Positions 49,446 to 63,245 are shown, counted from the first letter of the stretch. The stretch: 64,000 nucleotides of DNA from Eledone cirrhosa (GCA_964016885.1 OZ024748.1:18414001-18478000); one strand, 5' to 3'. Notes: a model not told the origin generated them from the letters alone. Numbers and translations are program-made.

Positions 49446-50727
49446 GAATTATAATAATAACAACAACAATAAATCTAATAATAATAAAAGTGTAATTCAT
49501 GAGAATTTTTAATATTTAAATCAACATAAGAGAGAAAAAGAAATTAAAAATAATAATAAGAGAAAAAGACTCGTTTTCTTTTTTTCTTTTGCTTTAAATT
49601 CAATGTTTTTTTGTTGTTTTTTTCCAGTTTTTGTTTAAAAAAACAAACAAAAACAAACCACGTGTGTGTGTAAGATCTAAACTTATAATTTCTCACAGAC
49701 TTTTAAAAAAAGCAAGGGCTGGTGTGGGCCGTGGGGCACAGAGAGGAGGAGGGAGAGGGGGCTAGTTGGAGAAAAGAAAAGAAAAAGAGATGCAATGAAC
49801 CATAAACTTGCTTAAGTTAGATAGAGGGAGGCTCGACATGAGCAAAAAAAAAAAAATGTAAAAAACGATATGTCTAGGGGTTGGCGTGGGTGGAAGGGAC
49901 AGATGACATCTTTTCTGATCATGATTGGGAAAACCAAAAAAACAAATGAAATTTACAGCTCACACATATGTGCAGGTTTAGCTGGTCTCCTACAAAGTCT
50001 TGCTCAAGAAGACAACATGCCACCTGGTCAAAGAATTGAACCCCACGACCTTATGGTCATGACTCCAATACCTAACCACTAGGCCACGTGCCATCACATG
50101 ATCACAAGTGGGGGGAGGGGGGGTTAGGAAAGATTCCAACGTTAACCCCCGACCCCACCAAAAAACAACACATTAATAAAAAAAAAAAAAAAAGAGGTGG
50201 CCGAGGAGAGTTGATGTGGGGTTGGTGGTTTGTGGGGGGGACGGGGACGAGGGATGATTCATAAATGGGAGTAATCCCAGAAAAAAAAAAATTATTGGAC
50301 CTTTTTTCCCTCTTTGCAAGGGTCAAGAGAGAGGGTGGGAGAGAAAGATTATTTCAGAAGGGGAAAAAAACCCTATACACAAAAGAAAAAGAAAAAATCC
50401 CCTGTACACACAAAAACAAAACAAAAAAAGACAGAAAAGATGCATTGAAAGCAAAATAATGTGGAAAAAGTGGTGAAAGAAAAAGTGTGTCATACATATG
50501 TAAATGTGTGTGTGTGTATGTTTATCTGAGTATGTTATTGTAGTTGTTAGTGAAGAAATTTCAGAATGTTTACATAGCGAGTTTTAATTAGCAGAGGCAC
50601 TAACACAGTGTGGTTTATAATAATGGTGTATACATGTCTAGTCTTGCTATGAATGTTCAAAGCTGTGAGCATGTCCAGAAACACATGCCTCGGCTTTCCC
50701 ACTGGCTGTGACATGATCACAGCTTAA

Positions 50728-50906
50728 CCCTTTAGAATTCTCTCACCTCTTTCTGTTCAAACTGGTCATAACCAGCCACTCATACTTCTGTTAAAGTATT
50801 GTTCTCAAAATAAATGATAAAATCTTGTAGATTCGATATTATGTGAGATAAAGTGTTTACCATGAAAATACAATAGTAAATATAGAGTAATGTAAATGCT
50901 AAAGGG
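50728..50906 (+). mobile_element. piggyBac-derived MITE nested in a foldback element
   Basis: TTAA|CCCTTTAG...CTAAAGGG|TTAA. Confidence 0.88.
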
Positions 50907-50912
50907 TTAAAA

Positions 50913-51212
50913 CAGGGGCATGCAACAGGCGACCCATGGGCCACAATCCGGCCCGAGGGACTAGTCAGAGTGGTCCGTAATGACTGCTTTTAATTTTTAT
51001 ATTGTAGGCTTATTTAGAATTTTTTTCAGAACTGTAATACCGTTTTCTGTTAGTTGACCTATACTAAAGGACTTCACTGATAGGGTTATGTGTGTTATAA
51101 TTCCCAGGCTCCATGTTATGGAAAGAAGTTGTGCTTAATAAATATTAATGGCTCTAATAGTTGTTCCAATGTTCAAAAGTGGCCCGCCAATGGAATATGT
51201 TGCACACTCCCA
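50913..51212. mobile_element. hAT-family MITE
   Basis: CAGGGGCATGCAAC / GTTGCACACTCC TIRs, GGCCC subterminal motifs, near-perfect 8-bp TSD ggttaaaa/agttaaaa. Confidence 0.75.
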
Positions 51213-51544
51213 AGTTAAAACATTCATAGCAAGACTCTTATATATTAATTGTACATAAACATATTGTAATCTACCTTCATATACACCTATATTATAGTCT
51301 CTCTTGTTTGTTGTTGTTGTCTAGGACCCCACCCCGATGTTTAATCATATTTACAGTTACATTGATGTTGTATTACTAAATAAATAAATAATTAAATAAG
51401 GAGCCAAATACAAAATATTTCACATAAAATTAAACTAAAAATAAATAAATTGAATTTTCAAAGTTGGGACTTTCTTTTAGGAAATAAAATTTCTAGTTTT
51501 ATTATTATCATTATTATTATGGCAAATAAAAATAATAATAATAA

Positions 51545-52330
51545 TGTTTCTACTTTTGGCACAAGGCCAGCAATTACCCCAGTGCATTACTGGTACTTTA
51601 TTTTATCGACCCCATAAGGATGAAAGGCTAAGTTAACCTCGACGGGATTTGTACTCAAAACGTAAAGGGCCATAACTATGCTGCAAAGCATGGCATCTGA
51701 CGCTCTACCAATACTGCCAAACCACTGCTCTTATTATTATTATTACTACTATTCAGTCTGAGTGGCCAATAAAGGCATTATTATTAATGTTTTCAATTTA
51801 GGTACAAGGCCAGTAATTTGGGGTAGGGTTTAGGGAAGGGAAAAAAAGCCAATTATATTAACCCTAGTACTAGACTAGTACATTATTTTATCAACCCCAG
51901 AAAGATGAAAGGCAAAGTTGACCTCTGAGAAACTGAGATTTGAACTCAGAGTGCAGTGAGCCAGAACAAATACTCCAAAGCATTTAAATTTGATACTCTA
52001 ATGACTCTGCCAATTCAATGCCTTAATTAACTGAAACTGCTCTTGGTTACATGATACAAAACTGTTTATATTTATCTAAAAACATTAGAAATATGATAAG
52101 ATAATTATTTTTTCTAACATTAAATAATAGTTTCTGATTTAGGCACAAGGCCAACAATTTTTTTGTCGAGGTGAAAGTTGATTAAATTGATCCCAGTGCG
52201 TTACTGGTACTTTATTTTACCAACCCTGTAAGGATGAGAGGCAAAGCTAACCTCGGCAAGATTTGAACTGAGAGCTTAGCACGTAAAGCATGTTGTCCGA
52301 CGCTCTACCAATACTGCCAATCCACCACCC
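51545..52330 (-). mobile_element. Three family A SINEs (further copies near 1395, 10955, 14040, 53210, 56875, 57610, 58940)
   Basis: Same motifs as above. Confidence 0.85.
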
Positions 52331-53612
52331 TTCTAACATCAAATATTTTCTTTCTGTTGTTGTTATAGGAGGGAAAATGGGAATTTGTGGCAATCATGCC
52401 CTTTTTTCAATTGCCATCAATAATGTAATTAAAATGAAGTGATACTTGCTGGGGATTGAATTTAAGTTTGCAGCACTCCAACCCACCCACTTCTCTCATA
52501 CCCCACCCTGATGGTCACCTGGAACTTAATGCTGCACTAGAACAACCCCAAAAGTAGTAGGAGGAGGATTAATAGATGAATTGAGCAACATCGATATATT
52601 AATACCTGTGATTTTGTTTCTTATATTGTGTATGTATATACATACATACATATATACACAAATATTTATATATGTTAGGGCTGTTGACTTGTAAGATTCT
52701 AAATAACAACAAACATCTATTGATGTGGGTGAAAGGAGGACTCAATACTGATTATAGAGACAAATTTACTCTACATCTTCCATTGACTAGGACATCTAGG
52801 TTTCACATTTAGCGGATAAGTCATCTAAAGTGGACAAATTAGACACAGCTGAATGTGAATATCAGAGTCCCAGTTAATCTAATGTATTAGATTGATTGGG
52901 ACTCGTGTGTTTGTGTGTGTGTATATATATATATATTGTGTATATCCAGTTTAGAATAGGTACATCCTCTCCCCCATATGTTTTAAGCAGCAATTAAAGG
53001 GGTTGGCATGTCAGAAAAGAGAACCCTATGATGAGTATAAAAGCCTGCAATGGAGCCAGCAAGGCTAACCTCTGCTTTAGTATAGAAAATGACCTTAAAG
53101 TGCTTGTTGTGTTTGTGTGTGTATTCCTTTCATACAAGTGGTATCATAATCACAGAGGTCCATTTAAGAAATTTCAATTTTCAAAAAAAAAAAAAAAAAA
53201 ATAATAAATAATGGTTTCTAATTTAGGCATAAGGTCAACGATTTTGGGGGAGGGGAAAATTAGTTAAACTGACCCCCAGTGCATTACTGGTACTTTATTT
53301 TATTGACCCCTTTAGGATGAAAAGCAAAAACATAAAAGACAATAACAGCCTATATTATACATTTTTTGTTTGTTTGTGATAGTTGTGGGGTTTAAGAACA
53401 CACACAAATTTCCCTCAAAAGAATGTGGTCCGGACCACTCTGGGCCATGTATACACTGTGCCATACTATGGAACTTTTAACTCCACCAGGAGTCATACAG
53501 GTGCTGTTGCGACATACAGCATTTCGTGGCTATTTTTTAAAAAAACCTGGCAGTAGTCCACCAACCTTCCGGTACTTATACACATTTTCAAGAAATCAAA
53601 GAACTGGCATTT

Positions 53613-53862
53613 GTGTCAGCTTTGGCTATCAAATACCAATACATACTAAGACACAGTTTATCTATACATGTATGTGTGTGTATAAATATATACACACACA
53701 CACACGTGTCAGCATTGGCTATCAAATACCAATACATACTTAGACACAGTTTATTTATACATGTATGTGTGTGTATAAATATATACACACACACACACAC
53801 ACGTGTCAGCATTGGCTATCAAATACCAATATATACTTAGACACAGTTTATCTATACATGTA

Positions 53863-53894
<32 letters not shown>

Positions 53895-53975
53895 CATACA
53901 CATATCAGCTTTAGCTCTCATATACCAATACATACTTAGACAGTTTATCAATACATGTATGTGTGTATATATACA
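53613..53975. repeat. Tandem repeat, ~92-bp unit x ~4 with embedded (CA)n/(TG)n
   Basis: gtgtcagcattggctatcaaataccaatacatacttagacacagtttat repeated. Confidence 0.92.
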
Positions 53976-56523
53976 CATACACATATATATATATCATGAT
54001 TTTATCTCTGGTTTCCATTTTCCATGCTGGCATGGTTCAAGTCAGTTCTTATTCGAAGTTACTGCCCTCCTGGATGGGTCAAAAGACATGACACTCTCTC
54101 TCTCTCTCTACACATACACACTCAATAAACTGTGTATTTAAGATACAACAGCTTAGTTTAAATAATACATAACAGTATGAAACCTTTCTCATGTCATACT
54201 TTATCTATCCTCGCTATCTTGACAAGGCATTAGAAATTTTTGATAAACTCAACACAAAACTGGTCAACAGAGTTTCCAAAGTTGTGTATTTAACCAAATG
54301 TGTCTCAATGAATTTCAGCATCTATCCTCCGAGGCAAAGTCTTCTCCATCATGTCAGCCGGGACCACAGGGTCGACTGACCCTTAAGTTTCATTTATGGT
54401 GGTGGTGGTGCCATGTCAATTAGATTTACTTCCATAAGCATGATTAGTTAAGAAAGTGAAAACATTTAATAGCAACTCTCTTCCCCTCCTTCATTATATA
54501 CATAACTTACTCACTTCACTCTCTCAATATATCTAACTTACTCTCTTCCCCCTTTCTCAATATATGTAACTTACTCTCTTCCTCGTTTTTTTTTTTTTTT
54601 TTTTTTTTTTATTGATGTAGATTTAGAAAAAATAATAAAAATGAAATAAAATTAAGAAAAAAAAATAATCTATTTTTCTATTTTCATGAATGGTTCACCA
54701 ATATAGATGTTTGTCGTTAAGTTTGTGTCACAATTAGATTCCTCAAGGACTTTTCTCATGATTTTTGCTAAACTCAGTTAAGGCAGAAGTTTGGATCAAT
54801 GTTACCCTCATACCATTCAGGAACCTTTTTATTCTGTTGGATGTTGGTAACAGTTCCCATCACATCAATTACAATGGATGTTACTTTTCTGGTTATTATT
54901 ATTAATTATTTTCTTGTTCTTCTTCTTCATAACGAATCTTTGTAAAATGAGTGGAAGAAGATAGATTTGAAATATGAAAAACAAACTGCTACATTGAGAC
55001 ACTGACCGATATCTCAGACTCTCCATGGCCACTCCTACTACTACCACCATTTAATACTCCTCCTCTCACCACCACTGCCACCATTTGCCACTTTCCTTCC
55101 CATTCCCACCAACAGATGCATGTTTTTTGGAGGGGGGGGGGGGCGACTTAAACTGGATCAAACTGGACCTGTGGTTATGTAGCCAATACCACACACCCAC
55201 ACACATTGTAAAAACATACAGACACATGTGCACACACACACATGTATGTATAAACACACACTATAAAAGCATACATACAGACACACACCTAAGAAGTCTT
55301 TGTCTTGAGCCCAGAGGCTCATCAGGCCAGTTTATCTTAGTTTCTGAGAGTACAAGAATCCCCCCTGGACAGGACACCAGTCCATCACAGGGTTAGTCTG
55401 TCTTGAGCCCGGAAGCTCATCAGGCCAGTGCTTATTCTAGTTTCCGTGGCATGAAGTGACAGAGTACAAGACTCCCCCCCTGGACTGGGCGCCAGTCCAT
55501 TGCTGGGACTCATTTTCATACACACGTGTATATACTCATATACACATTAGATCTGTGATTATATATCCAATAACATACATATGTACTCTTACATACATAT
55601 AGAAGCATCCACATATAAACACACACAAGCATACATGTATATATAAACGCACGCACACTATACTATACATATATTTGGGATATATATAGACAATTAGACA
55701 AGCATGTTAGACTATAAATACCCTCAATCTAAGATATCTAAATTAAAATTACATTAGGGGATGTTAAGAATGGTCAAGTTTTATTTTATTTATTCATTTT
55801 TTTTTTTTTCATTTTTCAATTTTTTTTTTCAAATTTGTTAAAATGGTGGTTTATAATTTTCCAAGAAATACTAATTAGTTACAGGTTATATAGGTTTTAT
55901 TTAGGGTTTTTTTTTTTCATATAATAAATTTTTTTTTTGTTAAGAAGAAAAAAAAAGTAGAGATGGACAAGAGCCGTTGTTTAGAATAATAATTATAACA
56001 TCATAATTATATGGAGATAATGACAGCTGTCTAACATTGTGGACAATTGAGATCAAATGACTCGGGGGGGGGGGGGAAGAGGGGAAAGAGAAGAAGAGAA
56101 GAGAACGAGAGAGATATAGAGAGGACAGAGAGAGATGGAAAGAGAAAGATAGAGAGGAGAGAGAAGAGATAGGAAAGAGAGAGGGGTGGTAGACCAATAA
56201 TTTTGATTTTGAAATCTGTCTTCTTAAAGACTTCATCATCAGGTATTACAACTTACGAGTTGTAGCTTGATTGTTGAGATACAGGAAGGTGTGTGTGTGT
56301 GTCTGTCTGTGTTGATGTTCAAACATTTCCTCTGACCTATCATACCTGTTAATGGAGGTCACCAAAAGTGTCTTTGATCCCTTGCTATGTCACTTGCTGG
56401 GTTGAGGAAATATAAAGAGGCAGAAAAACCTTCTTTTATTGTTTTTTCTTTTTCTTTCTTCTATAAAACCAAAGTTTTTAAAAAATTTTTTATTAACAAA
56501 GTGTGTTAAAATAATAAAGATAC

Positions 56524-56581
<58 letters not shown>

Positions 56582-57430
56582 GAGAGAGAGAAAGAGAGTG
56601 AGTGAGAGAGGTGGGTGGGATCAAATGAAGAAAAACCAACAAGAACAAAAAGAAACAAAAAATGTGAAAAAAAATTTAAGAAATAAATGAAGGAATTTAA
56701 TTTGTTAGAGTAAATTTGGGAAGCAGAAAAAAAAAATCAAAACAAAAGAGAAAGGAAGGCAAGGGAAATAAGATGACCTCTATTGGGGAATTATAGGCAG
56801 GGGTCAATGAGATTTTATTTGTTTATTTCACCTACCAACCCAGATTTCTCAGAGAAGTTATAACTTACTAAAATGGTTTCTGATTTAGGAGACACAAGGC
56901 CAAGAATTTTGGGGGAGGAGGAAAGTCGAGTGAATCGCCCCCAGTTGGTTACTGGTACTTTATTTTATCGATCCCATGAAGACAAAAGGCAAAGCTGACC
57001 CAAGTAGGATATGAACTCAGAACATAAAGGAACGTAACTATATGTTGCAAGGCATTTTGTCCAATTTTCTATCAATTCTATTGATCCACTGCCCTGATAA
57101 ATTAAAATAGTAAAAAAGAAAGTTTGTGCTGTTGTATATGGAAGTGACGGATGGATGGGGGAGGGAGGGAAGGAGAGAACAAATTAAGAAGCAGAAATGA
57201 AAGTTCATCAATAATATATATATATATATATATTTACTTCCAGTTTAACTATCCTTTTAACAACAACTAACTTTATATCTTATATCCTGAGAAGGACAAA
57301 AGCACTAAATTTATATCATAAACAATGTTTTATTATTACATGATTTAGCCAAGTGATAAACAGCATTTTATTACTTCTTTTGACAATTATACTTTATTAA
57401 TATATTACTCTGTACACTACCAAAGACATA

Positions 57431-57522
<92 letters not shown>

Positions 57523-58228
57523 CATATTTTTCCCTTTGTTTTTTTTTTTATTGTTCTTTTTTTTTCTTTTGAAAGTCAAAAATTTCTGAGTGAAAAACAA
57601 ATTAACAATGATTTCTCATATTGGCACAAAAAAAAAAATACTGTAAATATAGGGGCTTGGGGTAGGTGAGGTTGAGAGAAAGAGGAAGGAGTATTTATCA
57701 ATTAAATTGTCCACCCCCCACCTCCACCTCCCCACAGTTTTTTGTTGACTGGAACTACTTTTTATATTTTATCTACCTTGGAAGAATGGATGATGAAAGG
57801 CTGTAGTGTCTGAGAGTGTTAACCCAGGAAAGAATTTGAACACAGAATGTTAAGGGATACAGTTAAATCCTATGGAGTGGCAGCACCCTACCACCCTTTT
57901 TTTTTTATAGCTCAGTTAACTACCAACTCTGCCATCCACTGCTACCTCCCACACACCCACACCCTTTTAAAAATATATATTTACAAAAATAAAAATAAAA
58001 TAATGTAAAAAAAAAAATGCCAGATCAGAGAAGTTTGGTTGTGTACATACAGGGGAGGAAAATGTTGGAGAGAGAGAAAGAGAGAGAAAAAGAAAGAGAG
58101 AATATAGTTATGCATTTTGTAAAACCATTAACCTCACCTTTATTTTTAAAAAGTTTATATCTACATACTAAGAGTGAGGCTAATAGTTAGTAAGAAATTC
58201 CCTCAAATTACTCAAAAAAAAGGAAAAG

Positions 58229-58688
58229 AATTGATCGTTAGATTGGACCAAGGAATCTAGGTTTCCATTAGTCTTTCCATTGCTGATACTGTCTGCCAAT
58301 TGCAACAAGTGGCAGAAGAAACGAGTTAATTGTTAGATTGGACTAAAAAAACTACGCATCCAATGGTCTTTCCATTACTATCAGCCGGTTGCAATAACTA
58401 GTAGAAGAAAGGAGCTGATCTCCATACCAGACCAAAGAAACAATATTTCTGTTGGTCTTTCCATTGTTGATACTGTCTGCCAATTGCAATGACTAGCAGA
58501 AGAAAGGAGCTGATCATCAGATTAGACCAAAGAAACTATATTTCTGTTGGTCTTTCCATTGTTGATACTGTCTGCCAATTGCAATGACTAGCAGAAGAAA
58601 GGAGCTGATCATCAGATTAGACCAAAGAAACTATATTTCCGCTAGTCTTTCCATTGCTGATACTATCTGGTCACAACTCCTGGCAGAA
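58229..58688. repeat. Tandem array, ~95-bp unit x 5, of a dispersed repeat
   Basis: agattggaccaa...ggtctttccattgctgatact...gcagaagaa repeated; single copies at ~40100 and ~42680. Confidence 0.88.
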
Positions 58689-59736
58689 ACACAAAGTTAT
58701 CACAAATTTACACAGAAAAGGAAATGAAAGAAAGAGAGAAAAAACAAAACAAGGTATTAGGAATTAGAAAAAACATTTTTTTTTTGACTAATTGAAAAAA
58801 AAAAAAAAAAAAATTATAAATTAAAAGTTTCATTAAGTCTTTAAAAAAAAAAACAAAAAAAAAAAACAAAAAAAAATATTTTCTCCTCTTAAATCAAGAT
58901 TTTTTTTTTCTTAAGTGGTTTTAGTAAATAATAATAATAATAGTTTCTAATTTAGGCACAAGGCCAACAATTTTTTTTTGGATGGTGGTAGGGATAAGTC
59001 GATTTACATCAACCCCAGTACTTGACTGGTACTTTATTTTATTGACCCCAGAAGGGTATATAATAATAATAATAATGTTTGAAGAAAAAGTTCCAAGTTG
59101 GTGTCCTTTAAACCTCCAGTTTTTTCTCTACACAGTTTTTCTTTTTTGCTGGTGATTGATAAAATAAAAAAAAAAGGGGTGTCTCTGTTCTAGTTCATTT
59201 GCTCATATTTTTTGTGTGTGTTTTTTTGTTTCGTTTATCTGATTGATAATTAATGGGAGGAGATGGGGTGGATTAAATATAATAATAACAACAAAAAGTT
59301 AGTATTGTTAAATTGAAGCTTTCACTGTGAAAAGAATGAAGTGTGAAGATTAAATACTTTCATTTGTTTTTCTGTACACAGAAAACGAGAGATTTCCCCC
59401 CATTTGTTTCAAAAATGCTTGTCTCCTAATAAAGGTTGGTAAATACTCCAACGAGGAGATAAACATCTCTGAAATGCATAAGGAGTGTCTACATTTTATC
59501 CTTCATACTTTTTCACAGCAAAGGCTCGTAATGGAAAAAAAAAATATTTACCTTAAAATCTTTAAATATACACTGTGTTCTAGCATAAATATCTATTTAA
59601 TAATAATAAGCCCCAAATATATAAAAATTAACATTTTTACATTAAAATTATACTATAAAGGGATTAAAAAAAAACGACCAACAACAAACGCCCCAGGAAG
59701 AATGACTGCAACAATCAACATCAACAACATTATCAC

Positions 59737-59768
<32 letters not shown>

Positions 59769-59953
59769 ACCTCTATGCTATGTTGTGTTATTCTTATTTC
59801 TTCCTTTATTTCCTCACCTTTGTTTGTTGTTGTTGTTATTATTGTTGAGATACTAGAACTAGAAAATATAGAGGACACATAGAGAGGGGTGGAGTGAGAC
59901 AGATAGAGAGGGGAAGAAAGAGGGAGGGGGCAGATAGAGAAGGGTGGAGTGAC

Positions 59954-59992
<39 letters not shown>

Positions 59993-60585
59993 AGAGCAGT
60001 GGGCATGATAGATAGATAGAAAGATCAGTGGAGCTGAGTCTGAGAGAGAGAGAGAAAGAGTGAGGGATGGAGAGATCAGTTGGGAGGTAGTCACACATGT
60101 ATAAATCACCCTAGAACTTAGAACAAAAAATTCCCATCTTGGGCGCTTGTGGCCAATAAAAGAAATTATTATTATTATTAGTAGTAGTAGTATTAGTATT
60201 ATTACTACATCTTCAACATGTTTAATTAACAAGATGTGTGCAGTCTATTGACAAGGGGTGGTGAAAGAGGAGGAGGAGGAGGAGAAAGTAGCACATGATA
60301 TGGATAGAATCACCATCATCATTATCATCATCATCATCATGGTATGTTTATACTGATCAAAACTATTCCAGCCGTTACCAACTTGTCTTTTTAGAGGAGG
60401 CATGATGTATCTTTTACCACTTCCTCCAGCATGGTGGAGTATGATGACTTGAGGGAGTTTGGTTGTTATTTCAAGCACGCCAACTGGCTACATAGAGGAT
60501 CTTTGTGTCTTTTGAACCCCATGATGGTTCGAACTAGATTTGGCTGTTCTTTCTAGCATGTCGAGTGACTGCATAAATGGCTCCC

Positions 60586-60603
60586 TCATTGTCTCGGTTG
60601 TTG

Positions 60604-60635
<32 letters not shown>

Positions 60636-60725
60636 GGTGGTGATGGTGACGATGACGTTGGTTGTTCTTGTAGGCAGTGGTAGCCATAGTTGATGGTGAT
60701 AGTGATGATGGGGATGTCATCACTG
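60586..60725 (-). CDS. Probable terminal coding exon of the same gene (AVMTSPSSLSPSTMATTAYKNNQRHR-H9-Q8-PRQ*)
   Basis: Branch-like CACTAAAC, pyrimidine tract, TAG/CAG tandem acceptor; in frame with the 54-nt exon; poly-His/poly-Gln low complexity. Confidence 0.5.
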
Positions 60726-61245
60726 CTAAAGATAAATAGGTAAGTGGGTTTAGTGGGGGTGGAGAGTGGGGGGGGGGGCAGGTGGCAGTTTACAGGGACA
60801 GGAGTGGGGGAACAACAAAACAACAACAAAAATAATAGGGACAATGATGTCAAAGGTGGCCCAGAGGAAGAGGAAGAAGTGGAATTAAGTGGTTACAGCA
60901 AGAGGAGTAAGGGTGGTGGTAAGGAGGGAGGGAGTGGGGACCTCTAAACATAATAATAATAATAATAGTAGTAGAGTGCAGCACAGGTAGTAGTAGTAAT
61001 GGTAGTGGTGGTGGAGGCAACAGCTCATCAGCCCAAATAAATTATGCCTGTAGTAGTAGTAGTAGTAGAAGTAGTAGTAGTATTTTACATAAGTGTGTGT
61101 GTATGTGTGTACATGTGTATATATATATACATATGTGTGTGTATATGTATGTATGTATGTGTGTGTATATATATATATATACATATATATATATAGATAG
61201 ATATATATATAGATATATACAGCAGTCACCGATGCCTGTTCTGAC

Positions 61246-61299
61246 CTGGAGAGCCTGTTGCTACGCTGTCCTTAGGGGCAGAGTCATTTGTTGGTCCAT
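61246..61299 (-). CDS. Probable penultimate coding exon of an unidentified gene ([18 protein letters not shown]); upstream exons lie outside the window
   Basis: Strong acceptor ttttttctttaatttcag, GC-richer 54-nt symmetric phase 1-1 exon, donor CAG|GTCAGA. Confidence 0.55.
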
Positions 61300-61410
61300 C
61301 TGAAATTAAAGAAAAAAGAAAATATAGAAATAGAAATGTTTTTTTCATCATCATCATTATCAATAGCTAGCTTGTCGGGTTAAGTACCCCTATATTGCTC
61401 ATATGATATA

Positions 61411-61632
61411 TAATAATAATAAAAAAATTATTGTGTAAAGTGCTCAGGTGCACTACAACTCGTCAATATAGTACATAGAATAATACACAAATGTCAGGGA
61501 AGTACATGTGTGTATGTGTTAGCTGTAGTGTTGGCGGATCTCGGGAAGCATGGAGGCCTTAAAGGATGCAGTGTCTCGACAGCTAGCAACTGATGCAGGT
61601 AGTTTGTTCCATGCTTCAGCAACTCTGAGCGT
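61411..61632 (-). mobile_element. CR1-clade LINE 3' end
   Basis: Same 3' UTR and tail as the 29603 copy. Confidence 0.85.
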
Positions 61633-61639
61633 ATGTAAA

Positions 61640-62034
61640 TGTGTGATGTCCAAACAAGTAACCTCCAACTACCTTACACTCCATCTCTGGGTCCCAACGG
61701 ACAGGATGGCAAGTACAATGCACTGGAGGAGCCAGTCCACTTCACAGGGCTGGTACCTATGGGCAGCCTATTCTACTCTAATGTCCTATTTTGGTATTGA
61801 ACCAATGTGTTCATGAACCAAGATTCCACTGTGTATATGTATATGATTATATATATGTGTGTGTATGTGTGTGTTAAGTATTTCTGTAGAAAAGGTAAAG
61901 GAAAGAAGAGTGCTCTATATATTGTACAGAGCTATTTAATTACATAATAAACAACACAATATAATTATTTCATTACCGAAGGTTTCAAGAAACTAGATGA
62001 TTCTTACAAGAAACATCCAGCTCGTTTGTCAGAC

Positions 62035-62066
<32 letters not shown>

Positions 62067-62340
62067 AATATTAAAAAAATAATGAATAAAACAAAGAAAC
62101 AGTTCCTTATATTAAACAAAAAAAGTTCATTATTTAACGATCGTTTCTAGGACATATATGTGTTAGACTGTTTCTTTGTTTTATTCATTATTTTTTTAAT
62201 ATTTTATCTTGACTCTGTATTCCGTTTATCTTTCACCGAAAGTGATTTTTGAATGCATCTCTTCTTTCCATGATATCCGGATTACATTGAGTTCTTCATA
62301 CGGATTGGACACTACCGTAAACTTTTGGTAGATTTATCTA

Positions 62341-62388
<48 letters not shown>

Positions 62389-62560
62389 CATATACATATA
62401 CACAGTGAAACCTTTGTTCATGAACGCCTCTCGTCATCAACAAATCGGGAATGGTGTCTGTCTTGAGTATTGAACACACAAGCTGTCAACAACAGTTGGT
62501 GACAAGCTTGGCGTATCAGCAGCAAAGCAGTACTTGCTGTGTAGTTAGTTACTATGGTGT
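61640..62560. mobile_element. Tigger/pogo-like terminal fragments (right TIR ending ~61831, left TIR starting ~62403) flanking an AT-rich foldback
   Basis: TTCATGAACCAAGATTCCACTG and CAGTGAAACCTTTGTTCATGAA are inverted copies of one TIR. Confidence 0.5.
62063..62207. repeat. Perfect 41-bp inverted repeat, 63-nt spacer
   Basis: 62063-62103 is the reverse complement of 62167-62207. Confidence 0.93.
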
Positions 62561-62689
62561 CAAAGAAGATCGTTAGTTACTATCTTCTTTCACACAGCCT
62601 CTTTTACTGTGGCAGTTGCTTTGTTATTTCCGTTTCCTTTTGCATATATGTGTATATATGTACACACAACCACATCTACATACATAGAG

Positions 62690-63245
62690 ATGAAGTGAAA
62701 ACACCTAAATGTGACAACAGATGCAGACTGTGTGAAATAAATATCAAGGATGTCACCTTCATCAAAAGAAGTTGTTTGAAGATATCATCACGATATTAAC
62801 CACAGCAGTAGCCAAAACATTATACTATGCAATGAGTATAAAAATATTCAAAAGTTACACACACACATAATATGAAAGAGTACTGGTGGAATGTTCCAGT
62901 GAAAACCCTCATAAAATGTAAACATAACAGACCAGACATAGTGATATGGGACAGAGGAAAGAAGGCATACACAGTAGAGGAAATCAGCTTCTCAGCAAAT
63001 ATTAATATAGTGTTAAAGATTAGCAAAAAGGAGAACATCTATGCTGAACTAATAAGGATCCTGCAGATACTCCACTTTGACTATACCTTTAAATTTATAC
63101 CTGTGATCATTAGGATATTTTACTATCTACCTCAGCACAAACCTTGAGAAGCTGAGCTTTATGAACCAGAAAGAGCACAGCTAAGTAGGAAGTTTTACAT
63201 TAATGGAACTGTAGAAATATGTAAAATATTCCAGAAATTGAGGAT
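62690..63245 (+). mobile_element. Relic of an RLE-type non-LTR retrotransposon (R4/Dong-like) C-terminus
   Basis: CRLC zinc-knuckle remnant followed by YWWNVPV...HNRPDIVIWD...EIS...KENIYAEL (PD-(D/E)xK endonuclease), broken by stops and frameshifts. Confidence 0.8.
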
